DNA of 62,812 nt, the filler included, from Vannella sp. (taxonomy: Eukaryota), in the NCBI GenBank assembly GCA_023345925.1. It is 7 parts of 7 records of this genome, joined end to end, with 100 filler letters (N's around TTAATTAATTAA, not from the genome) between each part and the next. Parts side by side here need not be neighbours in the genome. Positions count along the whole stretch, not along the records: positions 30,348 to 42,193 come from JAJQQN010000470.1; positions 42,294 to 49,771 come from JAJQQN010000537.1; 5 more parts are not named here. The stretch is one strand, 5' to 3'. Below, in pieces: positions 36,401 through 47,900 of the stretch (positions are counted from its first letter, which is position 1; every line of letters starts with the position of its first letter). The notes under the pieces were generated by a model. The model had not been told where the DNA came from. It searched no databases and saw only the letters and a program-made list of their open reading frames with translations. The translations under genes were made by a program, and so were the position numbers.

Positions 36401-37650
36401 TTGCAGTGAAGATCCAATGAAGCTCTCCCAGTGGTGTTGTGCGGTCTTCCATGTTGCCTGGAAGCTCTGCAATCATTTTGTAGACCTCCTCACCCTCCAT
36501 GTGAGACATTAGACTGCCTGGAACTGGTTGTTGCAAGAACTGGATCAAAGAACGACTCGTCGACCACCTCAGACTCATGCGAATGGGAGTCGTCAAGCAG
36601 GCTGTGAGCAAATCAGCGGGAAGCTCAGGATTAGAGGGCAAAGTCTCGTTAGCCCCGCATGCAGTCAAAGCAAAGTAGTCATCAAAGCCTGGGGACCCTG
36701 GTCCGCTATCAGATGGCCCCTTCTGCGACGGATAGTCGCGCTGGGACTCCTCTCGGTGCTGTTCTGCAAAGCGATCAAGCCAATCCAGCACGGAACCTCC
36801 TCTTGGACAGTCGAAGATGTACAGGGCAGGACCAGCTACCCATGCTTGTAGATCGAAGAGGGATAGAGGGATGTACTGTGTGAGCTCCCTGTTGAAGACC
36901 CAAAGCTCTCCGTTGTCCGAAGGGCGGGGCACCCCGTGTCCATTGTAGTGCACAACGACCCGCTTCTCTCTTGCGAAGTGACGTAGGGATCCAACCATGG
37001 CCTTGACCTTGTCTACGGAGGGGTCTTGAGCCTGCTTAAAGAGAAAGGATCGATTACTACGGGCGGTCCGAGGGCAGAGGGACAGCAGCTGCTCTTTGAG
37101 GCGTGCAGCGACGAGTTCAATGTCTTTCTCCCCCTTCTTCCTTGACGGGTTCATCCAAGCCTCTTCAGAAGCACGTGGAGAAGGAGGCGCCCCGGGAGGT
37201 AAAACTCGTAGGTTGAGGGCCAGGATCATCCCCATGGCTACTGTACGCGTCTACAGGACAGCAACAACATGTTAGTAATCTTCACCAACGGATGCGCTCA
37301 AGCAGGAAGGAGAGAAAGGGAAAGGGACGTACCCGATGCTCCAGACGCCACTGGTCGATGGCTTCTGAGTCTGTGCGCTCTCCAGAGTAGCTAGACTCTA
37401 TAAAGAAGGACCGAGCATGAGTAATAGCTCGCCGATCTCGCTTGTGATTGGCGTAGTTGCTCAAAGGAGGCGGCGCAGACGCCTCAATGACGCTAAAAGT
37501 ACGCGGCTTCTCAGACCGCTGCCAAGATCCCTCCGCTTTCACCGGCAAACGGCTCTCAGAAGAGGGAGCCATCTGAGAAGTTACTCGCTGTCGACTCAAA
37601 AGCCCCTCGCGGAAGGTTCCACGCTCCACACGAGGTCTGGCTTCAGCCAT
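33472..37650 (-). CDS. RPTOR: Raptor/KOG1 (TORC1 subunit)
   Basis: HYNGHGVPRP, ELWVFN..TQYIPLS, LPADLLTACLTTPI, LFRED..VA..FRNFLLA, then HEAT repeats and C-terminal WD40. Confidence 0.96.
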
Positions 37651-37838
37651 CAATAAAAATGTCCTCAGAATATCCCCTTCTCTTGATAAGCACCCAGAAT
37701 CGATTAAAGTGATATCCGTCAATGGCCTTGTGATTGGCCAGCCAGTTGATTGGGTCTTCCTTGAAGTGCCTTATTCGGGTGCATTTGGGAAGTGAAGAAG
37801 GGAAGCAACCGGAGGAAAGGCATTTTATCTTCTCGCTC

Positions 37839-38360
37839 ATGAGAGAACAACAAGGCTCGCGCAGCGAAGCAACCTGGGGCCAGGGACAGGCTTGTGGAAG
37901 AGAACCGGCAAAGATTCCTGATTACATGGACTTCTACCAATCAAGAGCACATCTGGCAACAGCAGAGGTTCCAGAGGGAGTCACAGAAGGAGTTACCGTG
38001 GGAGAGGCAGTCACAGAAGCAGTCACCGAGGAAGAAGGAGTCACAGAGGAAGAGGCAGTCGAAGAAGGAGTCACCGAGGCAGTCACAGAAGAAGAGGGAG
38101 TCGCAGAAGGAGTTACCGTGCCATTCGAAGCTGCAGAACATCACAATGACATCGAGCCGGGCCCCATCGAATTTGATTGCGCTGTGCGGGCCAACAATCA
38201 TTACATCAGAGATTATCTCCCTGTCCCCGCCCCAGCTCAGCCAGGCCCCATTGTCAACCACCTGACTGAAGAACCTCAAGTCTTTAATACTGAGATTAAT
38301 TCCGAAACGACTCGGGAAGGGCAGCCAGAAACAAGTTTTAGCGGCTTCCTCCCCCATTGA
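37839..38360 (+). CDS. Hypothetical acidic protein with (G/A)VTE repeats
   Basis: ORF with degenerate GGAGTCACAGAA / GCAGTCACAGAA units at ~37975-38120. Confidence 0.45.
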   Translation: MREQQGSRSEATWGQGQACGREPAKIPDYMDFYQSRAHLATAEVPEGVTEGVTVGEAVTEAVTEEEGVTEEEAVEEGVTEAVTEEEGVAEGVTVPFEAAEHHNDIEPGPIEFDCAVRANNHYIRDYLPVPAPAQPGPIVNHLTEEPQVFNTEINSETTREGQPETSFSGFLPH

Positions 38361-38892
38361 GACAAACACTACTTTCTCGCTCAACACATGTGTTCTCTCG
38401 CTCAAGGGCTCTAATGACGCTGCTTTCTTCCAACTCTTCCATAAAAGGCCTTGATTCCATTTCTTTGTCGGAGCTGTAGGGAACCAAAAAGCGTTACCTG
38501 GGATGGACCAACTTGGCGCTTTTGCGCTTGAGCCAGCTAAAATCTCTCTCAGTGGAGCTTAGAACAGCTTTAATGGAGCTTTTGGGAATGGGAGCGATGC
38601 CGCTATCTCTGGAAGCAAAAGGGATCATGACTTGACCCCTTTTCTTGTCGATGACTCCCCCTTATCTTATCGATGCCTTCCCCTTGTTTGGAGCCATCAT
38701 TGATCGAGCCTTCTTCGGAGGAGCCGCCATTACCAGCAGTAGGGGCTCCAACATTCATGATAGTGTCAAAGGACTTTCCATCATTGGGAGTATTCTTGGA
38801 GAGGAATCTCTGCTCGAGGATATTTCCCCCTTTGTCATCCCCCACGGGCGTCCGCTTTGCCATCAACATGAACTGGGAGATCTGATTGATAT

Positions 38893-40980
38893 TTAATCGA
38901 GCTCGTATGTGTCAGCTCCAGGGTGTGGAGTTGGGGATGGAACAGGATCGTCTGGAATCTCTTTGCCGTTCTCGTCAACGCGAACATAATACTCTTCCAC
39001 CGTGAACAAGGGACCAGATATGCCGCTATCCTTGAGAATGGTTGCTCCATCAGCCTTGAGGAGATTGCGGAATCCTTCGATGTCCTTCTGCTGATCATCT
39101 GAAATATCGAGAGAGTTTCCAAGGTCCATTTGCTCCAAATTCGGGTCAGTTTGGTCTTTCATGTTCTTCATAAAGCGATTTACAGTTGCACGAACCACCT
39201 TACTCTTCATCTTTCCAGTCAGCCCCTTCTCCTTGAACTCTGGCTCTCCAGCAGCATCCGGATCCACACCCATTACCACCCTCAAGAGAGGTAAGAGATG
39301 TGGTTTCTCATTGCGGACCTTATCAACTACCAAGAAAAGTAGGCGAGGGTTGCTCCGCAGCTCCTTGATGAGGAATAGTTCTGGATCCTTCTGGAACTCC
39401 TCCTTGAGGACCATCATAGGATTCTCCTCCAGTTGTCGGACTAGTTTCAGGAGCTTTGCTGGGGTGTTAGCTTTCTTAAAGAGAGAGAAGGGATTCTGCA
39501 TGGTGCTGAGGAGCTGCTCGGGATGATCTTCTATCACCTGAATAAGAACCTCTTTCCCCATCTCAACAACTTCTTGAAGGATTTCAGGATTCTTCTCGAC
39601 ATCCTTGATCAAGAGTTCTTGCATATCTCGTGGTAAGTACTTAAGGAAGACAGCAGGATCTTCCTTCATCTGTCGCAGTAACTCTGGATTCTGACTGATA
39701 GCATCGATCATACTTTCACCCTCTTTCCCTTCATATTCAGGGAGCTGATACATATCCAGGAGGCTCATATTAGCCGTCTCATCGATAGTGATCATTTCCT
39801 TCTTCCCTTCTTCGACATTGATTTGGCTCTTCTTCTTCTTACTGAAGGAAGACCTTCGCTTCAGAAGACTTCGAGAAGAAGAGGACTTGGCTTTCTTCGT
39901 GTCTAACATTTCATAAAGATGCTCGTGGGACTTGAGTTCAGCCACAACGCATGGCCGTTCGTCCATGTCGTTCTTTAGGAGAACCATGTTCGGATCGATG
40001 GCGAGAAGGAGCTGACATGTTTCAGCACTCCCTATGTGAGCAGCAAAGTGGAGGCAACTCCAGCGGCGGGCAGTGATTGATAGAGGATCTGCGTTGCGTT
40101 CCAGGAGGAGTTGGATCATCTTAGACTCATTTTCTACGATAGCCAGGTGGAGCGGCGTGTATCCCTTCAGTGTGGTGGCGTTAACGTGAAGCAAAGATTC
40201 TCCGCGGCTCTTCTTCTCAGCCTTTTCAGCCTTTTTGCGATCCCTCGCCTTCTTTTTTGAGCTGGTCGTTGATTCCTCTTCTCCTTCGCCTTCTGCCTCT
40301 TCAACAATGGCTTCGTTGTTAGCGACAGTCTGCGCAGGTGCGGGAAGCAGAGAGGCGATGTGATCGAGGAGAATCTCTGTGCATTTCAGTTGCTGATGCA
40401 TTACTGCCATGTGGAGAGCAGTGTATCCGTCTTTGGTGGTTTGGATAGTCAAGTCTGGGTTATAGGAAAGGAGAAGAGGGACGATCTCGGCCTGCCCTTG
40501 TGCTACACAGAGCATGAGAGGGGTTATGCCGTTCTCCATCTGCACGTTGATGTCTACGCTCCTTTCGAGTAGACCAGTGACGATCTTCTTATGCCCGAGA
40601 GAGGAGGCTACGTGTAAGATCGTACGTCCATCTTGAGAGCGACAGTCAATCGAAGAGGGATTCTGGTCAAGGAGCTCTTCCACGACCTCCCAGTTGCCAG
40701 TGGAGCTGTGGTAATGAAGCTGAGATCCTGCTTCTTGGTATTGAACCTTGTTCCCTGCTTCTTTCGTCTGTGGAAGGGAGAGGTCCCCCTTCTGCTTCTC
40801 CACAGCCTGTTCTTTCATCTTCTTCGCAGCCTTCTTGGCTTTCGACTTCTTCTTGCTCATCAGTGCTTCTGGAAACTCTTCCTCCTGTGGTGTTGCTAAT
40901 TGGGGCGTCGCTGGACCGGCAGCGCGCGCTGCCAATAAGTTCGCCAGGTTCTTGCGGATGTCCTCCCCACCGTCCGCCAT
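38893..40980 (-). CDS. Ankyrin-repeat protein with helical NP/DP-rich C-terminal region
   Basis: GRTILHVAS, GITPLMLC, GYTALHMA, GYTPLHLA, WSCLHFAA. Confidence 0.9.
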   Translation of the reverse strand: MADGGEDIRKNLANLLAARAAGPATPQLATPQEEEFPEALMSKKKSKAKKAAKKMKEQAVEKQKGDLSLPQTKEAGNKVQYQEAGSQLHYHSSTGNWEVVEELLDQNPSSIDCRSQDGRTILHVASSLGHKKIVTGLLERSVDINVQMENGITPLMLCVAQGQAEIVPLLLSYNPDLTIQTTKDGYTALHMAVMHQQLKCTEILLDHIASLLPAPAQTVANNEAIVEEAEGEGEEESTTSSKKKARDRKKAEKAEKKSRGESLLHVNATTLKGYTPLHLAIVENESKMIQLLLERNADPLSITARRWSCLHFAAHIGSAETCQLLLAIDPNMVLLKNDMDERPCVVAELKSHEHLYEMLDTKKAKSSSSRSLLKRRSSFSKKKKSQINVEEGKKEMITIDETANMSLLDMYQLPEYEGKEGESMIDAISQNPELLRQMKEDPAVFLKYLPRDMQELLIKDVEKNPEILQEVVEMGKEVLIQVIEDHPEQLLSTMQNPFSLFKKANTPAKLLKLVRQLEENPMMVLKEEFQKDPELFLIKELRSNPRLLFLVVDKVRNEKPHLLPLLRVVMGVDPDAAGEPEFKEKGLTGKMKSKVVRATVNRFMKNMKDQTDPNLEQMDLGNSLDISDDQQKDIEGFRNLLKADGATILKDSGISGPLFTVEEYYVRVDENGKEIPDDPVPSPTPHPGADTYELD

Positions 40981-41911
40981 CCCCAAGCAAGTTATGATCT
41001 GAAAATATATAAATATTCTGATGTAGGCAAAGGCATTTGATTTGCAGCTATATTTTGGGCTTGGCCATGAGAAGGGCATTTCCCCTTGGTGGGTCCTGCA
41101 GCTTTGGTCAGATGGTCGAGTGGGCTTCGGAGCACGTATTTGATCATTGGTGGCAAACGATGGACTTTAGTAGTATTGCTGACTCGGTCTGGTGGCTGGT
41201 ATGTGTTGCGGCCTAATGTTGTCCACTGCGAAAGGGTCGAACAACAGAACTTCCGAGGAGTTGAACCGCCCTAATGGAAACCGTTCCCACCACAAACACG
41301 ATTAGCAGCGGAATCTCAAGAAGGGAGAAGTCACCCCCCAAGCCGTGCGCCATGAACAAAATGCTCATGAGCAGACTCACCATTGGTTGGACTGGGGGGG
41401 AGACTTTTTCTGCCAATCATAGGCGGCCAAGTCAGGAGGAATTGGAGACAGCGGGCATGTATTCTATTGCATTTTTGCTAACACCCTCACCCCTTGGAGC
41501 ACGTGGTGCGTGTGTAGTAATTTAATCTCTAGCTTCAAGATCTTGACTGATGTGTGTTCAGGCGCGTGAGACCTGGAAAGTACTCCAGAAAGCTGATGAT
41601 GACAGTCCTGCAAGTCCATGATGCTGGCTCAGCATACTCATCATGTGAACCTTTTGTGCGCCAGGAGCAAGCTTCCGATTTTTGTTGACTTGTCTGTGTA
41701 AGAACCACGAGAACCCCCCTGAAGTACTGGTTCTCTCACAATCAAAAAGTCAATGAAATCAGTCCAAAAGCTTATCCTGAAGAAATGGAGGTCATCAGGA
41801 CACTCCATTCTTCATTTAGAAGTGCGACCACTGTAAACCATTGAAAAAAAGTAGGTATTTTGGATAAATTCTCTAAGCCTTAATACTAGCTTTTACCACC
41901 CCTGATACCAG

Positions 41912-41965
41912 CCGAATTTGAAGCACTTTTTAGCGGAGGCTAGTGGACGGTTTAGTGGGGCAGTG
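41912..41965. repeat. Dispersed repeat family A, diverged copy
   Basis: GAATTTGAAGCACTTTTTAGCGGAGGCTAGTGGACGGTTTAGTGGGGC aligns to 20691-20742. Confidence 0.7.
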
Positions 41966-42402
41966 AGGAGAGTCTCGTGGACTCGCTCATCGATATCATG
42001 TTCATGAGTAAGCTCTTGAAGGAGTCCGCAAAGATAACCGCCGGTTAATTCCCCCCCTTTGGAGAGGGGAAGTGAGAGGGGAAGGAAGAGGGGAACAAAA
42101 GGGCCGCCCATGATGCTATGGAATCATAACTTACCGCTTTGAGCAAACAACAACAATGCCTACTAGCACCTGCATTCAAGCATACGTCCAGAANNNNNNN
42201 NNNNNNNNNNNNNNNNNNNNNNNNNNNNNNNNNNNNNTTAATTAATTAANNNNNNNNNNNNNNNNNNNNNNNNNNNNNNNNNNNNNNNNNNNNTCATTTC
42301 CCCTTCATTTCCCCTCTGCAGGACAGGCTCGCCATCCCCCGAAGGGAACGCCCGATAACGAGGCGACACGGCGAAGAGGAGTTCAAATGGAGGAACCAGT
42401 GT

Positions 42403-43455
42403 TTACGAGCGAGCGCTCTTCTGCCTGCTGCGGACTGGATGAGGGAGGGCGGGTTGAATGGGGCAAAGAGTGGGAGTGGCCTTGTCTTGGATGTCGATAC
42501 CGAGTTGTCCGTGACTGTTATCACCAAAGACTAGAAGGACTCCCTCTGAAGCTGATGAAACAGCCAGAGAATGGATCCCTGAGCAGACCACCGCTCCAAT
42601 TCCTTCCAGAGAGGTCACTAGAGCAGGCTTCGGTTGGTTGTTCAAGTTTCCCGTCCCCAATTGACCGTATTGACCATCTCCCCACGCCCACACGCAGCCA
42701 GCCTCATCCAGAGCAAGAGTATGACTGAATCCACACGCGGCAATCAGCACAGGAGGGACGTGAGTCACTAGAGAGAAGACAGATCCTTCTCCTAGACGTC
42801 CCAGTTCACCATCAGAGTTGTTTCCAGCAGAGTACATCGATCCCTGACAGTCAACGAGAAGACAGCTCTTTGACAGAGCTGACAGGCATCTCAGAGGCCC
42901 TTCAGAGAGCTCTTTCACACTCACCAGTGTAGGAATGAGGACCTTATCGGTGTGGCCGAGGCCCAGCTGCCCTGAAGTGTTGTCTCCCAAGGCCCAGAGG
43001 CCTTCTGCGGCCTCTCCCATGAGGAAGTCGTGTCCACAAGCTATCTTGATGAGAGGAGGAAGATCTTCTACCCTTTGTGGAGCAGAGGAAGCCCAGGAGA
43101 GGCTCTGCTTGGAGGTCCAAACCCAAAGCGCGCCAGTTCGGTCCAAAGCAGCGCTGTGGAAGCAACCAGCAGCCACACAAGCAATAGGAGGAAGCTCCAC
43201 CACTCTTCTAAAGTACGTAAAGGAAGCATTGAAGCGGGATTGACCAGCTTCCCACACCGCCCCTTCTTCATCCAGCACGAGGGAGTGATGCCATCCCCAG
43301 TCCACCTGAACCGGGCAAGAGCCCTTCCATGGCACTTTAGAGGGTACGGATTGTTGCTTCTTATGACCAAGACCGAGTTGGCCACGATAATTCATCCCAA
43401 AAGCCAAAAGGCCGCCATCTCGGGAGAGGACGAGCGTGTGATGGCCTTTTGGCAT
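42403..43455 (-). CDS. RCC1-repeat beta-propeller protein
   Basis: Repeated 'G..H(S/T)L.L...G....G.N..GQLG.G' units; N-terminus uncertain. Confidence 0.9.
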   Translation of the reverse strand: MPKGHHTLVLSRDGGLLAFGMNYRGQLGLGHKKQQSVPSKVPWKGSCPVQVDWGWHHSLVLDEEGAVWEAGQSRFNASFTYFRRVVELPPIACVAAGCFHSAALDRTGALWVWTSKQSLSWASSAPQRVEDLPPLIKIACGHDFLMGEAAEGLWALGDNTSGQLGLGHTDKVLIPTLVSVKELSEGPLRCLSALSKSCLLVDCQGSMYSAGNNSDGELGRLGEGSVFSLVTHVPPVLIAACGFSHTLALDEAGCVWAWGDGQYGQLGTGNLNNQPKPALVTSLEGIGAVVCSGIHSLAVSSASEGVLLVFGDNSHGQLGIDIQDKATPTLCPIQPALPHPVRSRQKSARS

Positions 43456-43589
43456 CCACTGAATGAAGTGCCAGTCTCACTGTCCAATGCCTTCGTTATC
43501 GTTGATTAGATGCTGCAGGAGGTGTGAAATGGGCCAAGTCACTCTCCGCTTCCCATTTTAATGAAAAGTGAATTCACTTTCTGAAGGAC

Positions 43590-44783
43590 TTAGCAGTCGT
43601 TCAGCGCTCTAAGGGTATTGGGAAGAAGGGAATGGGCAGCAAACATGACTTGGAAGTCATGTAAGGTGGAGGGAAGGGAGGCTGAGTCAGTTACAATGGA
43701 AAAGGTCCAAGGAAGACACTTTTCCTCATCAACCAAGTGAATCCAAGAGAGAAGCCGAGGTATGGAGTAGTAACAGTACTCCTCAGAGTAGTGACTGAAA
43801 GGTTCAATCATCAGACGAGACTGGAACGCCTCCACGTCGGAAGAAGTCCATCCTTTTGCCAACTGAGTTTCACAGTAACTTTTCATTATCTCCGAGAAGA
43901 CGGGATATTCGTTAGCTGTGCACAAGTAGAGCAAAACTTGAGCACCAGATAGGGATTTGAGACTCTGGAATCCTCGGAGAATGCGTTCTTGGCACTCTCC
44001 CATTTCTGGACATCCAATAACGCAGATGATTTCCAGGGGATTGGCTGCTTGGATGTCAGGCAGCATAGATTGAATGACTTCCCGACGTTGGGAAGTTTCC
44101 ATTGAGACAGGCCAATCCTTCAAGGTCGAAGGCGAAGTCACTTTCTGGAGAATACACTTTACAGGAACACAGTTTTCGAGCACTTTCTCCCCAGATAGGA
44201 TGCGAAACACATTCTCATGGCATACCAAGACAACATCTCGAGGTTTTGGCTTTGTTTGCTCATGTTCGATGCGCTTCCAAAGCCTCTCTGCTGCAAAAGA
44301 CTGAATTCGGTCAATGCACTCTCTGAAAGAGCCATGAGGCTCCCACCATTGGTCCTCTGTTAGTTCTGGCCAGACTATGTTTGGGTATTCCTCGAACTTT
44401 CGCTGTAGAATAGGCCAGCACGAGCCAGCATGACGAGGAAAGAGCGTTTGATCTGCCTTTTGGTACTCATTAAACTCTCTCAGAGCTGGTTCCAACTCAA
44501 TCGCCGTACAAGGCGCATTACCATAGATGATGCACGCTGTTTCTAGTGCTCTTGAGAGCGGGGAAGTGATCACCAAAGTGTCTCGAACGGGATCAAGTTG
44601 ACTCTCAACCATCCTCCTTCGAACTCTTCGCGCTTGCTCGATCCCCTCCTCTGAAAGAGGATCATCCCATATCACCTCTCTTGGGAGCGCTCTTCCACTC
44701 ACTGGATCAACGCGCTGTTGCCCCTGCGAAGCACCATGACGGATAAAGGTGAAAGTCCTGCTCACGGAGGTCGAGGGGGGCAT
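43590..44783 (-). CDS. Histidine phosphatase (PGAM-like) with an extra C-terminal domain
   Basis: FIRHG, PLSEEGIEQA, TSPLSRALET, LRE, VLVCH. Confidence 0.85.
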   Translation of the reverse strand: MPPSTSVSRTFTFIRHGASQGQQRVDPVSGRALPREVIWDDPLSEEGIEQARRVRRRMVESQLDPVRDTLVITSPLSRALETACIIYGNAPCTAIELEPALREFNEYQKADQTLFPRHAGSCWPILQRKFEEYPNIVWPELTEDQWWEPHGSFRECIDRIQSFAAERLWKRIEHEQTKPKPRDVVLVCHENVFRILSGEKVLENCVPVKCILQKVTSPSTLKDWPVSMETSQRREVIQSMLPDIQAANPLEIICVIGCPEMGECQERILRGFQSLKSLSGAQVLLYLCTANEYPVFSEIMKSYCETQLAKGWTSSDVEAFQSRLMIEPFSHYSEEYCYYSIPRLLSWIHLVDEEKCLPWTFSIVTDSASLPSTLHDFQVMFAAHSLLPNTLRALNDC

Positions 44784-44950
44784 CAGGAAATGCTCTCAAT
44801 CGCTCTGTTGGGGACTTGTTGATGCTGATCTAAAGTGGATCGCTCAATGCACGGTCATTTGAGGCACTTTTTAGGGTTCCTTCTCCCTTCGGTTGGGTTT
44901 GCTTGCTCGTCTTGGGCTTGGTACGCATCAGAAGAAGAGGAGAGAAGCTT

Positions 44951-47900
44951 ATGGAGTCTATGAAGCCAGTGCAAGTGGTGCCTGGAGAGGCAGTCGCTTC
45001 AGCGAGGTGCTTTGCGTCAACTTTTTACCGCGGGCGAGCGTACTTGGTTCGTTTTGCCCCCCCTATCGGTCATTCATGTATAGATGCAAGCGAAACTAAC
45101 ATAACGACTCTGTCCTCGCTAGGCACATGCAACAAGTACAGGGGTCGTCATCACGAACCAGTTCACTGCGACGGAGCAAGTTATCTCCTTCCCTCCAGAT
45201 GATGGAGAGCCTAGTGTACGCTCCATTGCGTGGAATACTATCACTGGTACACTTACGATCGCTTTTGCTGATGCGATAGCCCAGTACGTGCCCAAACTCT
45301 TGAAGGAGACAGAAACTCGCGCTGTCCACCGCTGGAAGGAGCTCCATCGGCTCGAGTTGCCTGAAGCAGACATCCAACAAGTCGCCTGGGTCTCTCGTCA
45401 TGGCCAACTGCTCGTCTGTGGCCGCCAGATAGCTCTCTTCCAGTTCCCCTTCGAGTTACTCTCTTGCGGGCCTTTCAATGGCTTCCCTCGCGGTCCCGTT
45501 CAACCCAAGGACGAGGAACTACCTTCTCCTGAGCTTCTGTGGAGCGCAGAGACGCCATCTCTCACGTACTTCTGCAGTGTATCACCCGATGGCCGCTACT
45601 TTGTCACAGCGGGCCAGTATGACCGTCTGCCGAAGCTTTGGTACGCTTTCTACGATGAAGTCATCCCAGACGAGCCTTTGGATCAAGAGGAGTACCGGGA
45701 GCCTGCGTATGAGCTCTGCTACCGCTTCAGTTACCTTCCCCACCCTCGTTCCGTGCTCTCGGTGCAGTGGAGGCCAGGTAGAAGGGCACTACAGTCTATA
45801 CAGAACATCCTGCTCACTACCTGCATGGACGGCATCGCTCGCTGTTGGCTTGAGGACCAGCCCTACTCCTTCAGCACCTGCGCTGTCATCCCAGGAGGTC
45901 CAGACAACGTGTTTGCATGGCTGCACTATCACCCTTTTGTCAGAGAGCCATTCCCTTCCGAAGAAGATGACTGTGAGTCCGAGGAGAAGCTCCGCTGCTC
46001 CCTTCTTCGTCCTCGAGACCCCAAACGAGAGGCAATCGAGCAGAATGAGCGTCTTTACCAGCTCCATCGTGAGCAAGGAGAACGATTCAACTCTCAGCTT
46101 GCCTTGGAGGAGCTTCTGGACAGCGATTGGGTGGTACAGGTGGAGAAGGAGCATCTTGTCTCCTTCTGGCAACTGAGTGGGATCACTCCTCGTCTTGGAG
46201 CTCACGATGCTCCTTCCAGAGCGATGCCTGTCCTGTCCCTTTGGTTGAAGACCAAAGTATCTCGAAGCTATGGCTTCCCCAACCCTTTAGTGATGATTCC
46301 GCTCTGCCAGGAGGTTGGGGTAACGCGGGAGCCATCTCGTGTGGTCTTCCAGTTGCTTAATGGGAAGGGGCAGCTCTGTTTCTGGGACTTGTCTATGTCA
46401 GAGAGCGCTGAACATCGATCCTCCACGTCTCGTTGGTGCTCCCGAATGATTGGGCACCGGACTCCAGTGACAAGTCTTGCTCAACACACCTCTGGTCCTC
46501 TGATAGCTTCTATTGCTGAGACAGGTGGGGAGGGAATCATTTGGAGTGTGTCAGACACATCATTGATAGAGTGCTCCCAAGTAATTCAGCCTCAGATGTT
46601 CCTGGAGTCTGCCAAGGGGGTAGTTTGGCTTTCAGAAGGAATTTACCTTACTTATGATGACGCAGGCTTCTGCAAGGTGTCTACAATCCCTCCTGAGCGG
46701 AAACAAGGGTTGGAAACACAACTGATTGCTTCATTTGCCTGCAAAGAGGACTTTGGGGGCAACGTTGTGATGGAAAAGATTTATCTTCTTCCAGCCACGG
46801 AGAAGAGCAACTCCGTCTTTCAGCTTCTCTCTCTGAGCAAAGGAGGTTCGGCAATCCATTTTTGGTCTTTAGATATCACTGGGGCGACGGTGCTGAAGCC
46901 CAAGACCGCAAAAGCCCTCAAGTGCCTTCAAAAAGTGTCACTTTCATCCTCTGAGGCTATTTTGTGCGTCTCATTCCCTCCGGAAAGCTCCAATTCCAAA
47001 CTCTATCGCATTTCAAACGACAGTCCTCACTCATTCACCTTTGCTTCTGGAAGTATGGACGGATCTGTTCGTCTTTGGCGGTTCAATGACGAGACCAAAG
47101 AGTGGAGCAGCGCTGCTCAGTTTACAGCCCATTCGGGTGAAATCCTTGAACTGTTTTGCTCTGATTCTTTTGAGGTAACGACTTTGGGAGCTCGTGGAGA
47201 GGCAGACTCCAATGGTGAGCCTTCAACAGGAAAGAAAGGACTTCCTTATGATATTCGGTCGTGGGAAAGAATCTCTCAGTTCCCACGTTTTGCGATGAAG
47301 CAAGTTGTGACTCTCCCTGATGCTGCTCTACAAAAAGGAGCGCAGGGTTCTGGGGGAGCGCTAGCGGCTGTTTCAATGACTAGGAACCGTGGGCGACGTG
47401 CTGGGGACTTCCGAACAGGAAGCATCGTACAGGAAGAGCAAAGGGAGAAGGAGGAGGTTATTTCTCCTCACTTTGCTCTGCAAAGACTCTCTAATGGACT
47501 GTCAATGATGGCAGTGAGTGTCAGTTGCACCATTTACATTTATCTCATGAAGATTCCCGACGAAACTCATTCCTTTGAGCTCCAGTGGACACGCACTCCC
47601 ATTGAGTACTCCACTGCTCATCCCTGTGGAGCTATTACGTGGGATCTTAAAGGCAATCTGATTGTCTCTGGTGGATCACAGCTCATCATCTTCTCCCCGT
47701 GGTTGGACGTTGCTCCACAGATGAAGATGCAAGAGAAAATGGGTCTTATTAGCCAGCAAGCAACTCTCTTTGGCCTGCCCCCTCCCCCTTTCCATCCCAA
47801 AGTGCTCTTCCAGTACTTGTTAGCCGGAAAGTTCGAAAGAGCGGATAAGATCCTGCGGGTCCTTCTGGCATGCCTGAGGCTCTGGAGTGAGACTAATCCT

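Noticed and set aside
41555..41650. Possible C/D snoRNA (ATGATGA..CTGA, minus strand)
   Set aside because: No convincing terminal stem or rRNA-complementary guide that I could recognise
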